Source: Alphaproteobacteria bacterium (lineage in GTDB: Bacteria; Pseudomonadota; Alphaproteobacteria; GCA-2731375). Taken from it: a DNA stretch of 64,000 nt. The first letter of the stretch is position 1; every line of letters starts with the position of its first letter. The notes beneath the pieces were generated by a model. The model was not told where the DNA came from. It saw only the letters and a program-made list of their open reading frames with translations, and made no database searches. Shown in pieces: positions 41,198-52,911 of the stretch. The position numbers were made by a program, and so were the translations under genes. The stretch lies in contig CBDDBZ010000032.1 of assembly GCA_965225945.1 (NCBI GenBank), positions 128,001 to 192,000 on the forward strand, read 5' to 3'.

Positions 41198-42923
41198 GAC
41201 GAGTCTTCCCCTTCTCGGGAGCGAGGCGCATCGCCCGTTCGATCTCGACGTCGGTCTCGTCGAGGATCGGCAGGCCGACGATCGGGGCGATACGGGCAAT
41301 CACGCGGCCAGCGGTCGGCGCCGCCGTCCAGCCGGCCGTCGCGAAGCCGTGGGTCGCCACGTTGCCCTGCGGCTCGTCCAGCAGCACGAAGACGACGTAA
41401 CGCGGCGCCGTCATCGGGAAGACGGCGACGAAGGAGGACAGAATCGTGCGACGATCGTAACCACGCGGGCCGATTTTGTCCGCCGTGCCGGTCTTGCCGC
41501 CAACGAGGTAGCCCGGAATGCTCGCCTGCTTGCCGGTGCCTTCGCGCACCACCAGACGCAGCAGGCGACGCATGGTATCCGAGGTGCGCCGGGAGATCAC
41601 CCGGGTGCCCTCGGGCGCTGGCCCGTCGCGCCGGATCAAGGTGGCTGGGTGCAGGATGCCGCCGTTGATCACCGCCGCGGTCGCGCTTGCCACCTGCATC
41701 GGGCTTACCGCCAGGCCATGACCGAAGGCGACCGTCATGGTGTTGATCTCGCGCCAGGGACTGGGGCTCAGCGGGGCGCCCACCTCCGGCAACTCGATCG
41801 CCGAGGGTCGGAGCATGCCGAGGCGGTCCATGAAGGCGCGCTGGCGCTCGGTGCCGACGTCAAGAGCGAGCTTGGCCGAGCCGATGTTGGAGGAATACTT
41901 GAAAATCTCCGGCACGCTGAGCCAGCGCCGCTTCGGGTGGTCGTCGCGAATGGTGAAACGGGCGACGCGGATCGGCCGGCTGGCGTCGTAACCGTCTCGG
42001 AGCGTCACCGTGCCACTCTCCAGGCCCATCGCGGTGTTGAACACCTTGAACACCGAGCCGAGCTCGTAGACGCCGAGCGTCACGCGATTGAAGCGGGCGA
42101 ACTCACTCGCCTCGCCCGGGCGGTTCGGATCGAAGTCCGGCAGGGAAGAGAGGGCCAGGACCTCGCCGTTGCGGGCATCGAGGATGATGCCGGCGGCGCC
42201 CACGGCGCGATAGCGCCGCATCGCCGCCCGCAATTCGTCGCGCAGCGCGTGCTGCAGGCGGGAATCGATGGTGAGGCGGAACGCCCTGTCCCGCCCCTCG
42301 GTCAGCGCCTCGTCGCGCGACTTCTCGATCCCGGCAATGCCGCTGTTGTCGATGTCGACAAATCCGGTGACATGGCTCGCCAGCGATCCCAGCGGATAGA
42401 TCCGCCGTTGCTCGTTTTGAAAGGCGAGGCCGGGAATGCCGAGGGCATTGACGTCGTGCAACTGGCGCGGCGTCAGGTTGCGCTTGACCCAGACGAAGGC
42501 GCGGTCGGATGCGAGCTTGGCTTCGACCGCGGCCGGATCGAGATCCGGCAGCACCCGGACCAGCGCGGCGGCAGCCGCCGCCGGATCGTCGATCACCCGG
42601 GCGTCCGCATGCAACGAGGCCGAGGCGAGATTGGTCGCCAGCAGGACACCGTTGCGGTCGACGATGTCGGCCCGCTCGCTCGGCTTCGGCGCGGCCCGGC
42701 CGGCCGTCACCGCCGGCTCCGCGGCCTGGCGCAGCAACATCACGTGAACCAAGCGGCCACCGATGGTCGCGAAAGCGAGCGCGAACAGCAACGACATGAT
42801 CTGCAGCCGGCCCCGCCCGGTCAGCAACCAGCGGGTATCGGCCGCCTGGATGCCGGTGCCGGCCGGCGGGCTCTCCCGTCGATCGAATAGCGGCAAGCTC
42901 CGGTCGTTGGCGCGATGTCTCAT
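41184..42923 (-). CDS. ftsI: penicillin-binding protein 3 (FtsI)
   Basis: RADIVDRNG, SxxK (GSVFK), SSN and KTGTA. Confidence 0.96.
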   Translation of the reverse strand: MRHRANDRSLPLFDRRESPPAGTGIQAADTRWLLTGRGRLQIMSLLFALAFATIGGRLVHVMLLRQAAEPAVTAGRAAPKPSERADIVDRNGVLLATNLASASLHADARVIDDPAAAAAALVRVLPDLDPAAVEAKLASDRAFVWVKRNLTPRQLHDVNALGIPGLAFQNEQRRIYPLGSLASHVTGFVDIDNSGIAGIEKSRDEALTEGRDRAFRLTIDSRLQHALRDELRAAMRRYRAVGAAGIILDARNGEVLALSSLPDFDPNRPGEASEFARFNRVTLGVYELGSVFKVFNTAMGLESGTVTLRDGYDASRPIRVARFTIRDDHPKRRWLSVPEIFKYSSNIGSAKLALDVGTERQRAFMDRLGMLRPSAIELPEVGAPLSPSPWREINTMTVAFGHGLAVSPMQVASATAAVINGGILHPATLIRRDGPAPEGTRVISRRTSDTMRRLLRLVVREGTGKQASIPGYLVGGKTGTADKIGPRGYDRRTILSSFVAVFPMTAPRYVVFVLLDEPQGNVATHGFATAGWTAAPTAGRVIARIAPIVGLPILDETDVEIERAMRLAPEKGKTRLASF

Positions 42924-43249
42924 CGTCTCGTCCCCGCCTCGCCGCGCCGTGCCGCCACCGGATCCGGACGGGTCGGAAGGCCCTCGAACCCGACGATCTG
43001 ATCGGGCGAAACCGGCGCCAAGGCGATCGCCTCGACATGTTGGGCCGCCAGCGCCTGCAACCGTTCCGGCCGATTCAGATAGCTCCACTCGGCCTCGAGA
43101 ACCTGGATCGCTTGGCGATCCGCCAGCAGCTCCGCCTCGAGCCCAGCAAGCCGGCGCTCGAGTTGTTGCACCTGGTTCTCGATCAGGTAGAGCGCGAGCG
43201 CCAGCGTGAGCGCGAGAATCGACGAGACGACGGTGAGGAGGCGTCTCAT
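42920..43249 (-). CDS. ftsL: cell division protein FtsL
   Basis: TM segment, coiled coil and LEAEWSYLNRPERL; lies between rsmH and ftsI. Confidence 0.88.
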   Translation of the reverse strand: MRRLLTVVSSILALTLALALYLIENQVQQLERRLAGLEAELLADRQAIQVLEAEWSYLNRPERLQALAAQHVEAIALAPVSPDQIVGFEGLPTRPDPVAARRGEAGTRR

Positions 43250-43334
43250 GCCGCGTTCTCGATCAGGTAGAGCGCGAGCGCCAGCGTGAGCGCGAGAATC
43301 GACGAGACGACGGTGAGGAGGCGTCTCATGCCGC
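43175..43334. repeat. perfect 80-bp tandem duplication of the rsmH stop / ftsL start
   Basis: 43175-43254 is identical to 43255-43334 (GTTCTCGATCAGGTAG...GCGTCTCATGCCGC). Confidence 0.96.
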
Positions 43335-44276
43335 CATCTCCCGGGCCGGCGCGTCGGTGCGGACGGCGGCCCTGAGGCGGGCCGAGCGGGCCCTGGGGTT
43401 GGACGTGACTTCGGCCTCGCTCGGCCGGCGGGCACCGCGGAAGAGCGGACGGAAGGTGGCGGGGGGGGCCTCGGGCTCCGGCGGTAGGTGGCGAGAACGG
43501 CCCCGCCCGGCGCCCGTGCGATCCTCCAGGAAACGCTTGACTCGCCGATCTTCCAGCGAATGGAAGGCGATCACCGCCAACCGACCTTCGGCCGAGAGCA
43601 ACCGTTCGGCCGCGTCGAGGCCGCGCTCGAGCTCGCCAAGCTCGTCGTTGACGTGCATGCGAAGTGCCTGGAAGGCCCGAGTCGCGGGATGGCGCGGGCC
43701 GCCGCCGCCGACGGCGGCGGCGATGATCTGTGCCAGCTCGCCGGTGCGTCGGATGGGCTGGCGGGCTCGCGCGCGGAGGATCGCCTTGGCGACGGCGCGG
43801 GCGCGGCGCTCCTCGCCGAGGTCACGGATCACCCGGGAGATCTCGGCCTCGCTCGCCTCGTTGACGAAATCGGCGGCGTTCGGCCCATCCTCGCCCATGC
43901 GCATGTCGAGCGGGCCGTCCTCGCGGAAGGAGAAGCCTCGGGCCGCGTCGTCGATCTGGGGGCTGGAGACACCGAGGTCGAGGGCGACGCCGTCGACCGT
44001 CTCGACACCGACCTCCGCCAACAGATGCTCCATGTCGCCGAAGCGCCCGCGAAGCATGATCAGTCGGCCTGGAAACCGGCGGCGCAACGCCTCGCCAGCG
44101 GCGATCGCTTCGGCGTCGCGATCGATCGCGAAGACGAGGCAGTCCGCCGCCTTCAGGATCGCCCGGCTGTGGCCACCACGGCCGAACGTGGCGTCCACCA
44201 AGCGTCCGCCGGCGCGCGGGGACAACGCCTCCAGCATCTCTCGCACCATCACCGGCGCATGCGCGGCCGCGCTCAT
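43326..44276 (-). CDS. rsmH: 16S rRNA m4C1402 methyltransferase
   Basis: HAPVM, DATFGRGGHS, DLGVSSPQID, PLDMRM, FHSLEDR and NPRARSARLR. Confidence 0.97.
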   Translation of the reverse strand: MSAAAHAPVMVREMLEALSPRAGGRLVDATFGRGGHSRAILKAADCLVFAIDRDAEAIAAGEALRRRFPGRLIMLRGRFGDMEHLLAEVGVETVDGVALDLGVSSPQIDDAARGFSFREDGPLDMRMGEDGPNAADFVNEASEAEISRVIRDLGEERRARAVAKAILRARARQPIRRTGELAQIIAAAVGGGGPRHPATRAFQALRMHVNDELGELERGLDAAERLLSAEGRLAVIAFHSLEDRRVKRFLEDRTGAGRGRSRHLPPEPEAPPATFRPLFRGARRPSEAEVTSNPRARSARLRAAVRTDAPAREMAA

Positions 44277-44752
44277 GACTCGTCTCCCCGGCGCCGCTCG
44301 GACTGCATCAGCGCCAGCGCCGGCGCCTCCGCGCGGGCCCGCTCAAGCGCCTCGCTCTCGTAGGTCTCGTAGGCTTCGGGTTGCCAGATCTGGAAGGTCG
44401 CGCCGCGACCGGCAAAGGTGGCAATACCCTCGATACCGGCGTATTCGATCAGCCCTTCCGGCAGCACCACCCGGCCCTCGCCGTCGAACGCCAGCGTATG
44501 GCTGCGGGTCAACAGGGCCGCCGCGAAGGCGCCGTGGCTGTCGCTGAAGGGATTGAAGCCGTCGATGCTCTCGGCGAGGCGCTCGTGGCGGTCCATGCCG
44601 CAGGCCTCGACCGAGGCGGTGACCGGCGAGGGATAGGCGACGATGCCTTGGAACGCCTGCTGGGCAATTATCGCGCGCCAACGAGCGGGCACGGAAACCC
44701 GCCCCTTCTTGTCGACCTTGTTGTCGAAGCGCGAGAAAAAGTAACGCTCCAC
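44273..44752 (-). CDS. mraZ: transcriptional regulator MraZ
   Basis: Two MraZ repeats, VDKKGRVSVP and FDGEGRVVLP, plus FQIW. GTG start at 44752 inferred. Confidence 0.93.
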   Translation of the reverse strand: MERYFFSRFDNKVDKKGRVSVPARWRAIIAQQAFQGIVAYPSPVTASVEACGMDRHERLAESIDGFNPFSDSHGAFAAALLTRSHTLAFDGEGRVVLPEGLIEYAGIEGIATFAGRGATFQIWQPEAYETYESEALERARAEAPALALMQSERRRGDES

Positions 44753-44829
44753 CGTGCCGATCTCCGCCCTGGGCCGAAGACGCGAGCCGGCGGTTCGTCG
44801 CGGTACGCCGGCGGCTGTCCCGGCCAATT

Positions 44830-44865
44830 ATGGGACGGTATGGGATATCATGGGAAATTATGGGC
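44830..44865. promoter_or_regulatory. MraZ operator: four ATGGG(A/C) direct repeats with exact 10-bp period
   Basis: TGGGA at 44831, 44841 and 44851, and TGGGC at 44861, about 80-110 bp upstream of mraZ. Matches the TGGGN repeats bound by E. coli MraZ. Confidence 0.8.
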
Positions 44866-45071
44866 GTCAATGGTAAATGACCTTAATAATTTGGAAACAT
44901 GTCGATAATCACAAGAAAAATCATGGCCTTGCACGACCACCGCCCCGGCTATTGGTGGGTCGCGACAAGTGGTGTGAGCGACGAATTAGACCGACATTGT
45001 GGCGAGAATTTGTTCTTTAAATGTTCTAATCAGGCCGGGCCAAATTGACGGCGTGATTTCGCCTCGCGCGA

Positions 45072-45247
45072 CTTACGCGCGGGGTCTTGTGAAACGCCAT
45101 CGCGAGCCAAGCGCGGCGCCCGAGACGGTGCTTTCGACGCTGGCCGAGCTGCCACCCTTGGACGTGGTGATGGAGGCTTGTGGCGGGGCGCATTACTCGA
45201 GCCGGGAGATCCAGGCGCTGGGGCCCACAAGGTGAGCCGGATCCATC
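45072..45247 (+). pseudogene. IS110-family transposase N-terminal scar
   Basis: LAELPPLDVVMEACGGAHYSSREIQALG, then after a frameshift HKVSRIH. Resembles the IS110/IS1111 MEACGGAHHW...LGHEVRLI segment. Confidence 0.7.
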
Positions 45248-46535
45248 AGATATCGAACAGCAGGCGCTCGGGCGCTTCCACCATCTCCTTGATCCGGACC
45301 AGGAAGGTCACGGCCTCGCGGCCGTCGACGATCCGATGGTCGTATGAGAAAGCTAGGTACATCATCGGCCGGACCTCGACCTTGCCGTCGAGGGCCATCG
45401 GCCGCTGCTGGATCTTGTGCATGCCGAGGATGCCGGACTGCGGCGGGTTGAGGATCGGCATCGAGAGCAGCGAGCCGTAAACGCCGCCGTTGGAGATCGT
45501 GAAAGTGCCGCCTTGCATCTCGTCGATCGTCAGCTTGCCGTCGCGCGCCCGGCGGCCGAAGTCGCCGATGGTCCGCTCGATCTCGGCGAAGCCCATGGTG
45601 TCGGCGTCCTTCAGCACCGGCACCACCAGACCCTGCGGCGTGCCGACCGCGACGCCGATATTGTAGTAGTTCTTGTAAATCAGGCTATCGCCGTCGATCT
45701 CGGCGTTGACCGCCGGCAATTCCTTCAACGCCAGCACCGAGGCGCGCACGAAGAACGACATGAAGCCGAGGCGAACGCCGTGCTTGCGCTCGAAGACGTC
45801 GCGGTAGGAGCTTCGCGCCTCCATGACGCGAGCCATGTCGACCTCGTTGAAGGTAGTGAGCAGGGCCGCCGTGTTCTGCGCCTCCTTCAGCCGCTCGGCG
45901 ATGCGCCGCCGCAGCCGCGTCATCCGGACGACTTCCTCGCGCGCGCTTCCGGGCCTCGGGCCCGGCGGCTGGTCGGAGATCGTGGCCGGCAGCGCGGCGG
46001 GCGTCGGAGCGGGCGCGGCCGGCGGTGGTGACGGCGCCTCCAGGAAGCGCGTGACATCCTCCTTCAACAGCCGGCCGCCCTTGCCGGTGGCCGAAATCTT
46101 GGCGGGATCGAGACCGTGCTCGGCGACCAAGCGACGCACCGCCGGCGAAAGCGGCATCGGTGCCGCCGGGGCCGCGGCGGGGGCTGGCGCCGGAGCGGGC
46201 GCCGGCGCGGCGGCCGCCACCGCCGCGGGGGTCGGAGTAGGTGCTACCTCGGCGGCGGCGGGCGCGGGCGTTGGCGCCACTGTATCCACTGTAGCCGCCG
46301 CGCCCGCCTCGAAGCGGGCCAGCAGGCCGCCCACCTCCAGCGTCGCCCCGACGTCGGCGACGATCTCCACCAACACGCCGTCGGCCGGCGCCGGTATCTC
46401 GACCGCGACCTTGTCGGTCTCCAACTCGCAGAGTGGCTCGTCCCGCGTTACGGCCTCGCCCGGCTGCTTGAACCACTGCGCGACCGAGGCTTCGGTCACG
46501 GACTCGCCCAAGATGGGCACGATGATGTCGACCAT
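45246..46535 (-). CDS. sucB: 2-oxoglutarate dehydrogenase E2
   Basis: Lipoyl motif [23 protein letters not shown] and SYDHRIVDG. Confidence 0.97.
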   Translation of the reverse strand: MVDIIVPILGESVTEASVAQWFKQPGEAVTRDEPLCELETDKVAVEIPAPADGVLVEIVADVGATLEVGGLLARFEAGAAATVDTVAPTPAPAAAEVAPTPTPAAVAAAAPAPAPAPAPAAAPAAPMPLSPAVRRLVAEHGLDPAKISATGKGGRLLKEDVTRFLEAPSPPPAAPAPTPAALPATISDQPPGPRPGSAREEVVRMTRLRRRIAERLKEAQNTAALLTTFNEVDMARVMEARSSYRDVFERKHGVRLGFMSFFVRASVLALKELPAVNAEIDGDSLIYKNYYNIGVAVGTPQGLVVPVLKDADTMGFAEIERTIGDFGRRARDGKLTIDEMQGGTFTISNGGVYGSLLSMPILNPPQSGILGMHKIQQRPMALDGKVEVRPMMYLAFSYDHRIVDGREAVTFLVRIKEMVEAPERLLFDI

Positions 46536-46569
46536 TGGGTGCTGCCCCCCAAACCGCGCGTGCCGCGCC

Positions 46570-49479
46570 CTACACGCCGAGCGCCTTGGCGACGATCTTG
46601 TCCTGTTCCTCGCGATGCACGCTCAACAGGCCCGTCGCCGTCGACGCCGTTTCCGGCCGCCCGACGTAGCGCACGCGCTGACACTTGTGCCCCGCCTTGT
46701 CCAGCGCCTGCTCGATGCGCGGCATGACGAACCACCAGGCACCCATGTTCTGCGGCTCCTCCTGGCACCAGAGGATCTCGGCCTTGGGGAAACGCTCGAA
46801 CTCCTGGATCAAGGGTTGCTTGGGGAAGGGATAGAGCTGCTCCAGCCGCATCAGGTAGACGCTCTTGCGTTTCATCTCCTCGCGCTTCTCCAGCAGGTCG
46901 TAGTACACCTTACCCGAGCAGAGCACGAGGCGACGCACCTTGTCCGGCGCCACCAGGCTCTCGTCGCCCGCCATCTCCAGATCGTCGTAGAGCAGGCGGT
47001 GGAAGGTGCTGCCCGGCCCCATCTCGTCCAGCCGGTTGACGCAGCGCTTGTGGCGCAGCAACGACTTCGGCGTCATTAGGATCAACGGCTTGCGGAACTT
47101 GCGGTGGATCTGCCGGCGCAGGATGTGGAAGTAGTTGGACGGCGTGGTGCAGTTGGCGACCTGGATGTTGTCCTCGGCGCAGAGCTGGAGGTAGCGTTCG
47201 AGGCGGGCCGAGGAATGATCCGGCCCCTGGCCCTCGAAGCCGTGCGGCAGCAGCATCACCAGGCCGCTCATCCGGAGCCACTTGCTCTCGGCGCCGGCGA
47301 GGAACTGATCGATGATCATCTGCGCGCCGTTGGCGAAATCGCCGAACTGCGCCTCCCAGATGATCAGGCCCTTGGGCTCGGCCAGGCTGTAACCGTATTC
47401 GAAGCCCAGCACCGCCGCTTCCGAGAGGGCGCTGTTGATCACCTCGAAGCTGGCCTGATCGCGATCCAGGTTGTTGAGCGGGGTGAACTTGCGTTCGTCC
47501 TCCTGATCGACCAGCACGCTGTGGCGCTGGGAGAAGGTGCCGCGGGCCGAATCCTGGCCCGAGAGCCGCACCGGAAAGCCCTCCAGCAGCAGCGAGCCGA
47601 AGGCCAGCGCCTCCGCCGTCGACCAATCGATGCTCTCACCGGCCTCGATGTTGCGCCGCTTCTGCTCCAGCAGGCGGCGGATCGTGCGATGCACGCGGAG
47701 GTCCTTGGGATAGCTGCTGAGCTCGTTGCCGATCCGCGTCAGGGTCTCGAGCTTGACGTCGGTATGGCCGCGCCGGGCCCCGCCCCGGGCGCGTTCCAGG
47801 CCGCTCCAGACACCTTCCAGCCAATCGGCCCTGTTGACCTTGTAGGTCTCCGCCGCCTCCAGGGATTGTTCGAGGCTGGCATGGAAATCGCCGACTTGCT
47901 GGTCCACTTCCTCGCTCGTGAGCACGCCCGCCTCGACCAGGCGATCGGCGTAGATCTGCCGCGTCGTCGGATGCTCGGCGATCTTGGCGTACATATTGGG
48001 CTGCGTGAACCCCGGCTCGTCGCCCTCGTTGTGGCCGTGCCGGCGATAGCAGAACATGTCGATGACCACGTCCTGCTTGAAGCGTTGGCGGAATTCGACC
48101 GCCAGCTCGGCCACCCGGCAAACCGCTTCGGGATCGTCGCCGTTGACGTGAAACACCGGCGCCTGGACCATCTTGGCGACGTCGGAGGCATAGGGCGAGG
48201 AGCGGCTGGCGATCGGGTTGGTGGTGAAGCCGATCTGGTTGTTGACGATGATGTGGACCGTGCCGCCGATCCGGTAGCCCTCGAGATCGGAGAGCGCGAA
48301 GCATTCCGCCACCAGGCCCTGGCCCGCGAAGGCGGCATCGCCGTGCATCAAGACCGCCATCACCTGGGAGCGCGAGGTGTCCTGTCGCTGCGTCTGCTTG
48401 GCCCGTGCCTTGCCGATGACGACGGGATCCACCGCCTCCAGATGCGAGGGATTGGCGGCGAGCGAGAGATGCACCATGTAGCCGCCGAATTCCCGCTCGG
48501 TCGAGGTGCCGAGGTGATATTTGACGTCGCCCGAGCCCTGCACGTCCTCGGGATGGGTGGCGTGGCCTTGGAACTCGGCGAAGATCTGGCTGTAGGGCTT
48601 GGCCATGAAGGTGGCGAGGACGTTCAGCCGGCCGCGATGCGGCATGCCCAGCGAGATCTCCCGGACGCCCAGTTCGGCGCCCCGGGTCACCAAGGATTCC
48701 AGCGCCGGAATGAGCGATTCCGCGCCCTCGAGGCCGAAACGCTTGGTCCCGGTGTACTTCAGGTGCAGAAAGCGCTCGAAACCCTCGCACTCGGTGAGTT
48801 TGCGCAGGATGGCGCGGCATTCGGCCGGTCGGAAGCCCATCTGGTCGTAACGGTTCTCGACCATCTGCTGGATCCAGGCCTTTTCCTCGGGGCCCTGCAT
48901 GTGCATGTACTCGACCCCAATCGAGCCGCAATAGGTGCGAGTGACGATGTCGAGGATCTCGCGCAGCGTCGCCGATTCCAGGCCGAGGGCGTAGTTGATG
49001 AAGATCGGCCGATCCATGGTGCCGTCGTCGAAGCCATAGGACTTGGGATCGAGCTCGGAATGCTCACGGATCGGTGCGAGGCCGAGCGGGTCCAAGTTGG
49101 CCTTCAGATGGCCACGCACCCGGTAGGAACGGATCATCATCAACGCGCGGATCGAATCCAGTGTCGCCTGGCGGGAATGTTGGGCCGAGACGGCGCCGAT
49201 CGCCGCCGGCGCCTGGGTGGCGATGGCATGGATCTCGGACGGATCCTCCAGCAGCTTATAGTTGCGACCGGCCTCGAGCCGCCGCGCATCCTTGGGTGCC
49301 CAACTGGCGCCCTTGAGCTCCGCCTGCACGTCGCCCGTCTCGTCGCCGAGTTCGTCGAAGAAATCGCGCCAACTCGGGTCCAGCGTGCTCGGGCTGGTCA
49401 GATAGCGCTGATAGAGCTCCTCGATGAAGGCGCTGTTGGCGCCATAGAGGAAGGACGTCGCCTCGGCCGATTCGGTCAT
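46570..49479 (-). CDS. sucA: 2-oxoglutarate dehydrogenase E1
   Basis: [34 protein letters not shown] and [11 protein letters not shown]. Confidence 0.98.
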   Translation of the reverse strand: MTESAEATSFLYGANSAFIEELYQRYLTSPSTLDPSWRDFFDELGDETGDVQAELKGASWAPKDARRLEAGRNYKLLEDPSEIHAIATQAPAAIGAVSAQHSRQATLDSIRALMMIRSYRVRGHLKANLDPLGLAPIREHSELDPKSYGFDDGTMDRPIFINYALGLESATLREILDIVTRTYCGSIGVEYMHMQGPEEKAWIQQMVENRYDQMGFRPAECRAILRKLTECEGFERFLHLKYTGTKRFGLEGAESLIPALESLVTRGAELGVREISLGMPHRGRLNVLATFMAKPYSQIFAEFQGHATHPEDVQGSGDVKYHLGTSTEREFGGYMVHLSLAANPSHLEAVDPVVIGKARAKQTQRQDTSRSQVMAVLMHGDAAFAGQGLVAECFALSDLEGYRIGGTVHIIVNNQIGFTTNPIASRSSPYASDVAKMVQAPVFHVNGDDPEAVCRVAELAVEFRQRFKQDVVIDMFCYRRHGHNEGDEPGFTQPNMYAKIAEHPTTRQIYADRLVEAGVLTSEEVDQQVGDFHASLEQSLEAAETYKVNRADWLEGVWSGLERARGGARRGHTDVKLETLTRIGNELSSYPKDLRVHRTIRRLLEQKRRNIEAGESIDWSTAEALAFGSLLLEGFPVRLSGQDSARGTFSQRHSVLVDQEDERKFTPLNNLDRDQASFEVINSALSEAAVLGFEYGYSLAEPKGLIIWEAQFGDFANGAQMIIDQFLAGAESKWLRMSGLVMLLPHGFEGQGPDHSSARLERYLQLCAEDNIQVANCTTPSNYFHILRRQIHRKFRKPLILMTPKSLLRHKRCVNRLDEMGPGSTFHRLLYDDLEMAGDESLVAPDKVRRLVLCSGKVYYDLLEKREEMKRKSVYLMRLEQLYPFPKQPLIQEFERFPKAEILWCQEEPQNMGAWWFVMPRIEQALDKAGHKCQRVRYVGRPETASTATGLLSVHREEQDKIVAKALGV

Positions 49480-49555
49480 ACCTCACCCCCCGCGCGATGC
49501 TCGGGCGCCGCGTATCGTCTGGTGTCTTGTCCCAAGCCGACGATAACCTACCCGA

Positions 49556-50430
<875 letters not shown>

Positions 50431-50431
<1 letters not shown>

Positions 50432-51600
50432 CACGCCGCCGCCTCGACCGCGCGGACGATCTTCGCCGCCGCGTCGCCCAAGTCGTCGGCGGCGGTGATC
50501 GCCAGGCCGGAATCGTCCAGGATCCGCTTGCCGATGTCGACGTTGGTGCCCTCGAGGCGAACCACCAGGGGCACCGAGAGGTTGACCTCCTTGGCCGCCG
50601 CGACGACGCCCTCGGCGATCACGTCGCAGCGCATGATGCCGCCGAAGATGTTGACCAGGATGCCCTTCACCTTGGGATCGCCCAGGATGATCTTGAAGGC
50701 GGTGGTCACCCTCTCCTTGTCGGCGTCGCCGCCGACGTCGAGAAAATTGGCGGGCTCGCCCCCCTCCAGCTTGATGATGTCCATGGTCGCCATCGCCAGG
50801 CCGGCGCCGTTCACCATGCAGCCGATCGAGCCGTCGAGCTTGATGTAGCTGAGCTCGGCCTCCGCTGCCTCCAGCTCGACCGGGTCCTCCTCGGTGGGAT
50901 CGCGCAAGGCAGCGATGTCGCGATGGCGGAAGAGGGCGTTGTCGTCGAAGTTCATCTTGGCGTCGAGGGCGATGATGTCGCCCGAGGCGGTCACCACCAG
51001 GGGATTGATCTCCACCATGGAGGCGTCGGTCGACTGCATCGCGCCATGGAGTGCCGTGATGAAGCCGACGGCCTGCTTGATCTGGTCACCCTCGAGCCCC
51101 AGGGCGAAGGCGAGGCGGCGGGCGTGAAAGGCTTGCAAGCCGGTCGCCGGATCGATCGCGACGGTGACGATCTTCTCCGGTGTCTTGGCCGCCACTTCCT
51201 CGATCTCGACTCCACCCTCGGTCGAGGCCATGATCGCCACCCGGCCGCTGCCACGATCGACCACCGCGCCCAGGTAGATCTCGCGGGCGATGTCGCAGCC
51301 TTCCTCGATATAGAGCCGCCGCACTTCCTTGCCGGCGGGGCCGGTCTGAGGGGTCACCAGGATCTTGCCCAGAATCTCGCCCGCCAGCGCCTCGACCTCG
51401 TCGAGCGAGCGGGCGATCTTGACGCCGCCCGCCTTGCCCCGGCCACCGGCGTGGATCTGCGCCTTGACCACCCAAAGTTCGCCGCCCAGCGCCGCCGCCT
51501 TCTCCCGCGCCTCGGCGATCGTGAAGGCCGCATGGCCGCGCGGCACGGCCACGCCGTGCTTGGCGAGCACCTCCTTGGCCTGATGTTCGTGAATATTCAT
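50431..51600 (-). CDS. sucC: succinyl-CoA synthetase beta subunit
   Basis: [34 protein letters not shown] and [10 protein letters not shown]. Confidence 0.98.
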
Positions 51601-51648
51601 GGCCTTACCTCTCTGCCGGCATCGCACGCGCCACGCCCCCGAGCGACC

Positions 51649-52770
51649 CTAGTGTCCCGATTCCGAAGTTCGCATGATTTTCGCCTGCTGTTCAGCGATT
51701 TCGATTGTTCGGAGGCAGAAGCGCTGGATGGCGCCGAGGATGTCATCGGCGGATTTGGTCCATTTGAAGGGTTTGGGGTTCTGGTTTGTCGTGTCGATGT
51801 AGTCGAGGATGGTGCGCTCCAGCTCCTTGGTGGAGCGATGGACGCCGCGCCTGATCTGCTTGTCGGTCAGCAGCCCGAACCAGCGCTCGACCTGGTTGAG
51901 CCAGGAGGCGCTGGTGGGTGTGAAATGGGCCTACCAGCGCGGCCGTTTGGCGAACCAGTCGCGGATCGCCTTGGTCTTGTGGGTCCCGTAGTTGTCCATG
52001 ACGATGTGGATGTCGAGATCACCAGGGACGTTCGCCTCGACGAGGTCGAGGAATTTGCGGAACTCTCGGGCCCGATGGCGCGGGAAACATTTGCCGATGA
52101 TCTCTCCCGTGGCGATGTCGAGGGCCGCGAAGAGAGAGGTCGTGCCGTGGCGCTTGTAGTCGTGGCTGCGCCGCTCCGCCTGCCCGGGGCGCATCGGCAA
52201 GAGGGGCTGGGAACGGTCCAGGGCCTGGATCTGGCTCTTTTCGTCGACACAGAGAACCAGGGCACGATCCGGCGGCGCCAAATACAGACCGACGATGTCG
52301 CGGACCTTCTCCACGAAGAAGGGATCGCTCGACAGCTTGAAGGTCTCCGAGCGATGCGGCTGCAAGCCGAAGGCCCGCCAGATGCGATGAATGGTCGAGG
52401 GCGCGTGGCCGCTCGCCCGCGCCATCGAGCGAAGGCTCCAATGGGTCGCGTCCGGCGGCGTCTCTTCCAGCGTCAGCCGGACCGCTTCCGCGATGGCGTC
52501 ATCGCCGATTTGACGCGGCGCGCCGGGGCGGGGTTCGTCGTACAGACCGTCGAGGCCCTCCGCCGCATAGCGGCGACGCCACTTGCCCACGGTGTCCGCG
52601 CTCGCCTCGAGACGAACGGCGATCTCCTTGTTCTCCAACCCTTCCGCCGCCGCCAAGACGATCCGAGCCCGCCGCGCAAGCCCCTGCGACGTCTTGCGAC
52701 GACGAGACAGCGCCTCCAATTCGGCGCGCTCGTCATCGCTCAAAGAGATCGTCACCGCCACTCTCGCCAT
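51649..52770 (-). pseudogene. IS630 transposase with in-frame TAG at 51931-51933
   Basis: [32 protein letters not shown] and VMDNYGTHK. The frame continues past W* as AHFTPTSASWLNQVERWF...SESGH*, with the final stop formed at the target site. Confidence 0.9.
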
Positions 52771-52832
52771 CAATCGCGCCTCCTGAAAACAAATAGAGAC
52801 ATAATCATATCAATTTATCGATCAGGACACTA
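51650..52832 (-). mobile_element. full-length IS630-family element with terminal inverted repeats, inserted at a CTAG/TA site
   Basis: Left end cTAGTGTCCCGAT (51649-51661) and right end ATCAGGACACTAg (52821-52833) are inverted copies with one mismatch. Confidence 0.92.
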
Positions 52833-52911
52833 GCCGCCCCTCCCGGGCCTGGCAACCGGGCCGCATATCGGACCATTATCAGTCCAGACGAGACCAGAGG
52901 GAGAAATGGGG

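Noticed and set aside
44830-44865. Short periodic repeats as a possible CRISPR array or iterons
   Set aside because: The units are 5-6 bp with 10-bp spacing, there is no cas or rep gene, and they are explained as MraZ boxes.
44870-45035. CtrA box (TTAA-N7-TTAA) or IS110 bridge RNA in the AT-rich region upstream of mraZ
   Set aside because: Only half-sites are visible. The IS110 scar is too eroded to define its ends or an RNA structure.
51931-51933. In-frame TAG in the IS630 transposase as pyrrolysine or recoding
   Set aside because: There are no pyl genes and TAG ends many genes in this window. A point mutation (for example from CAG) is simpler.
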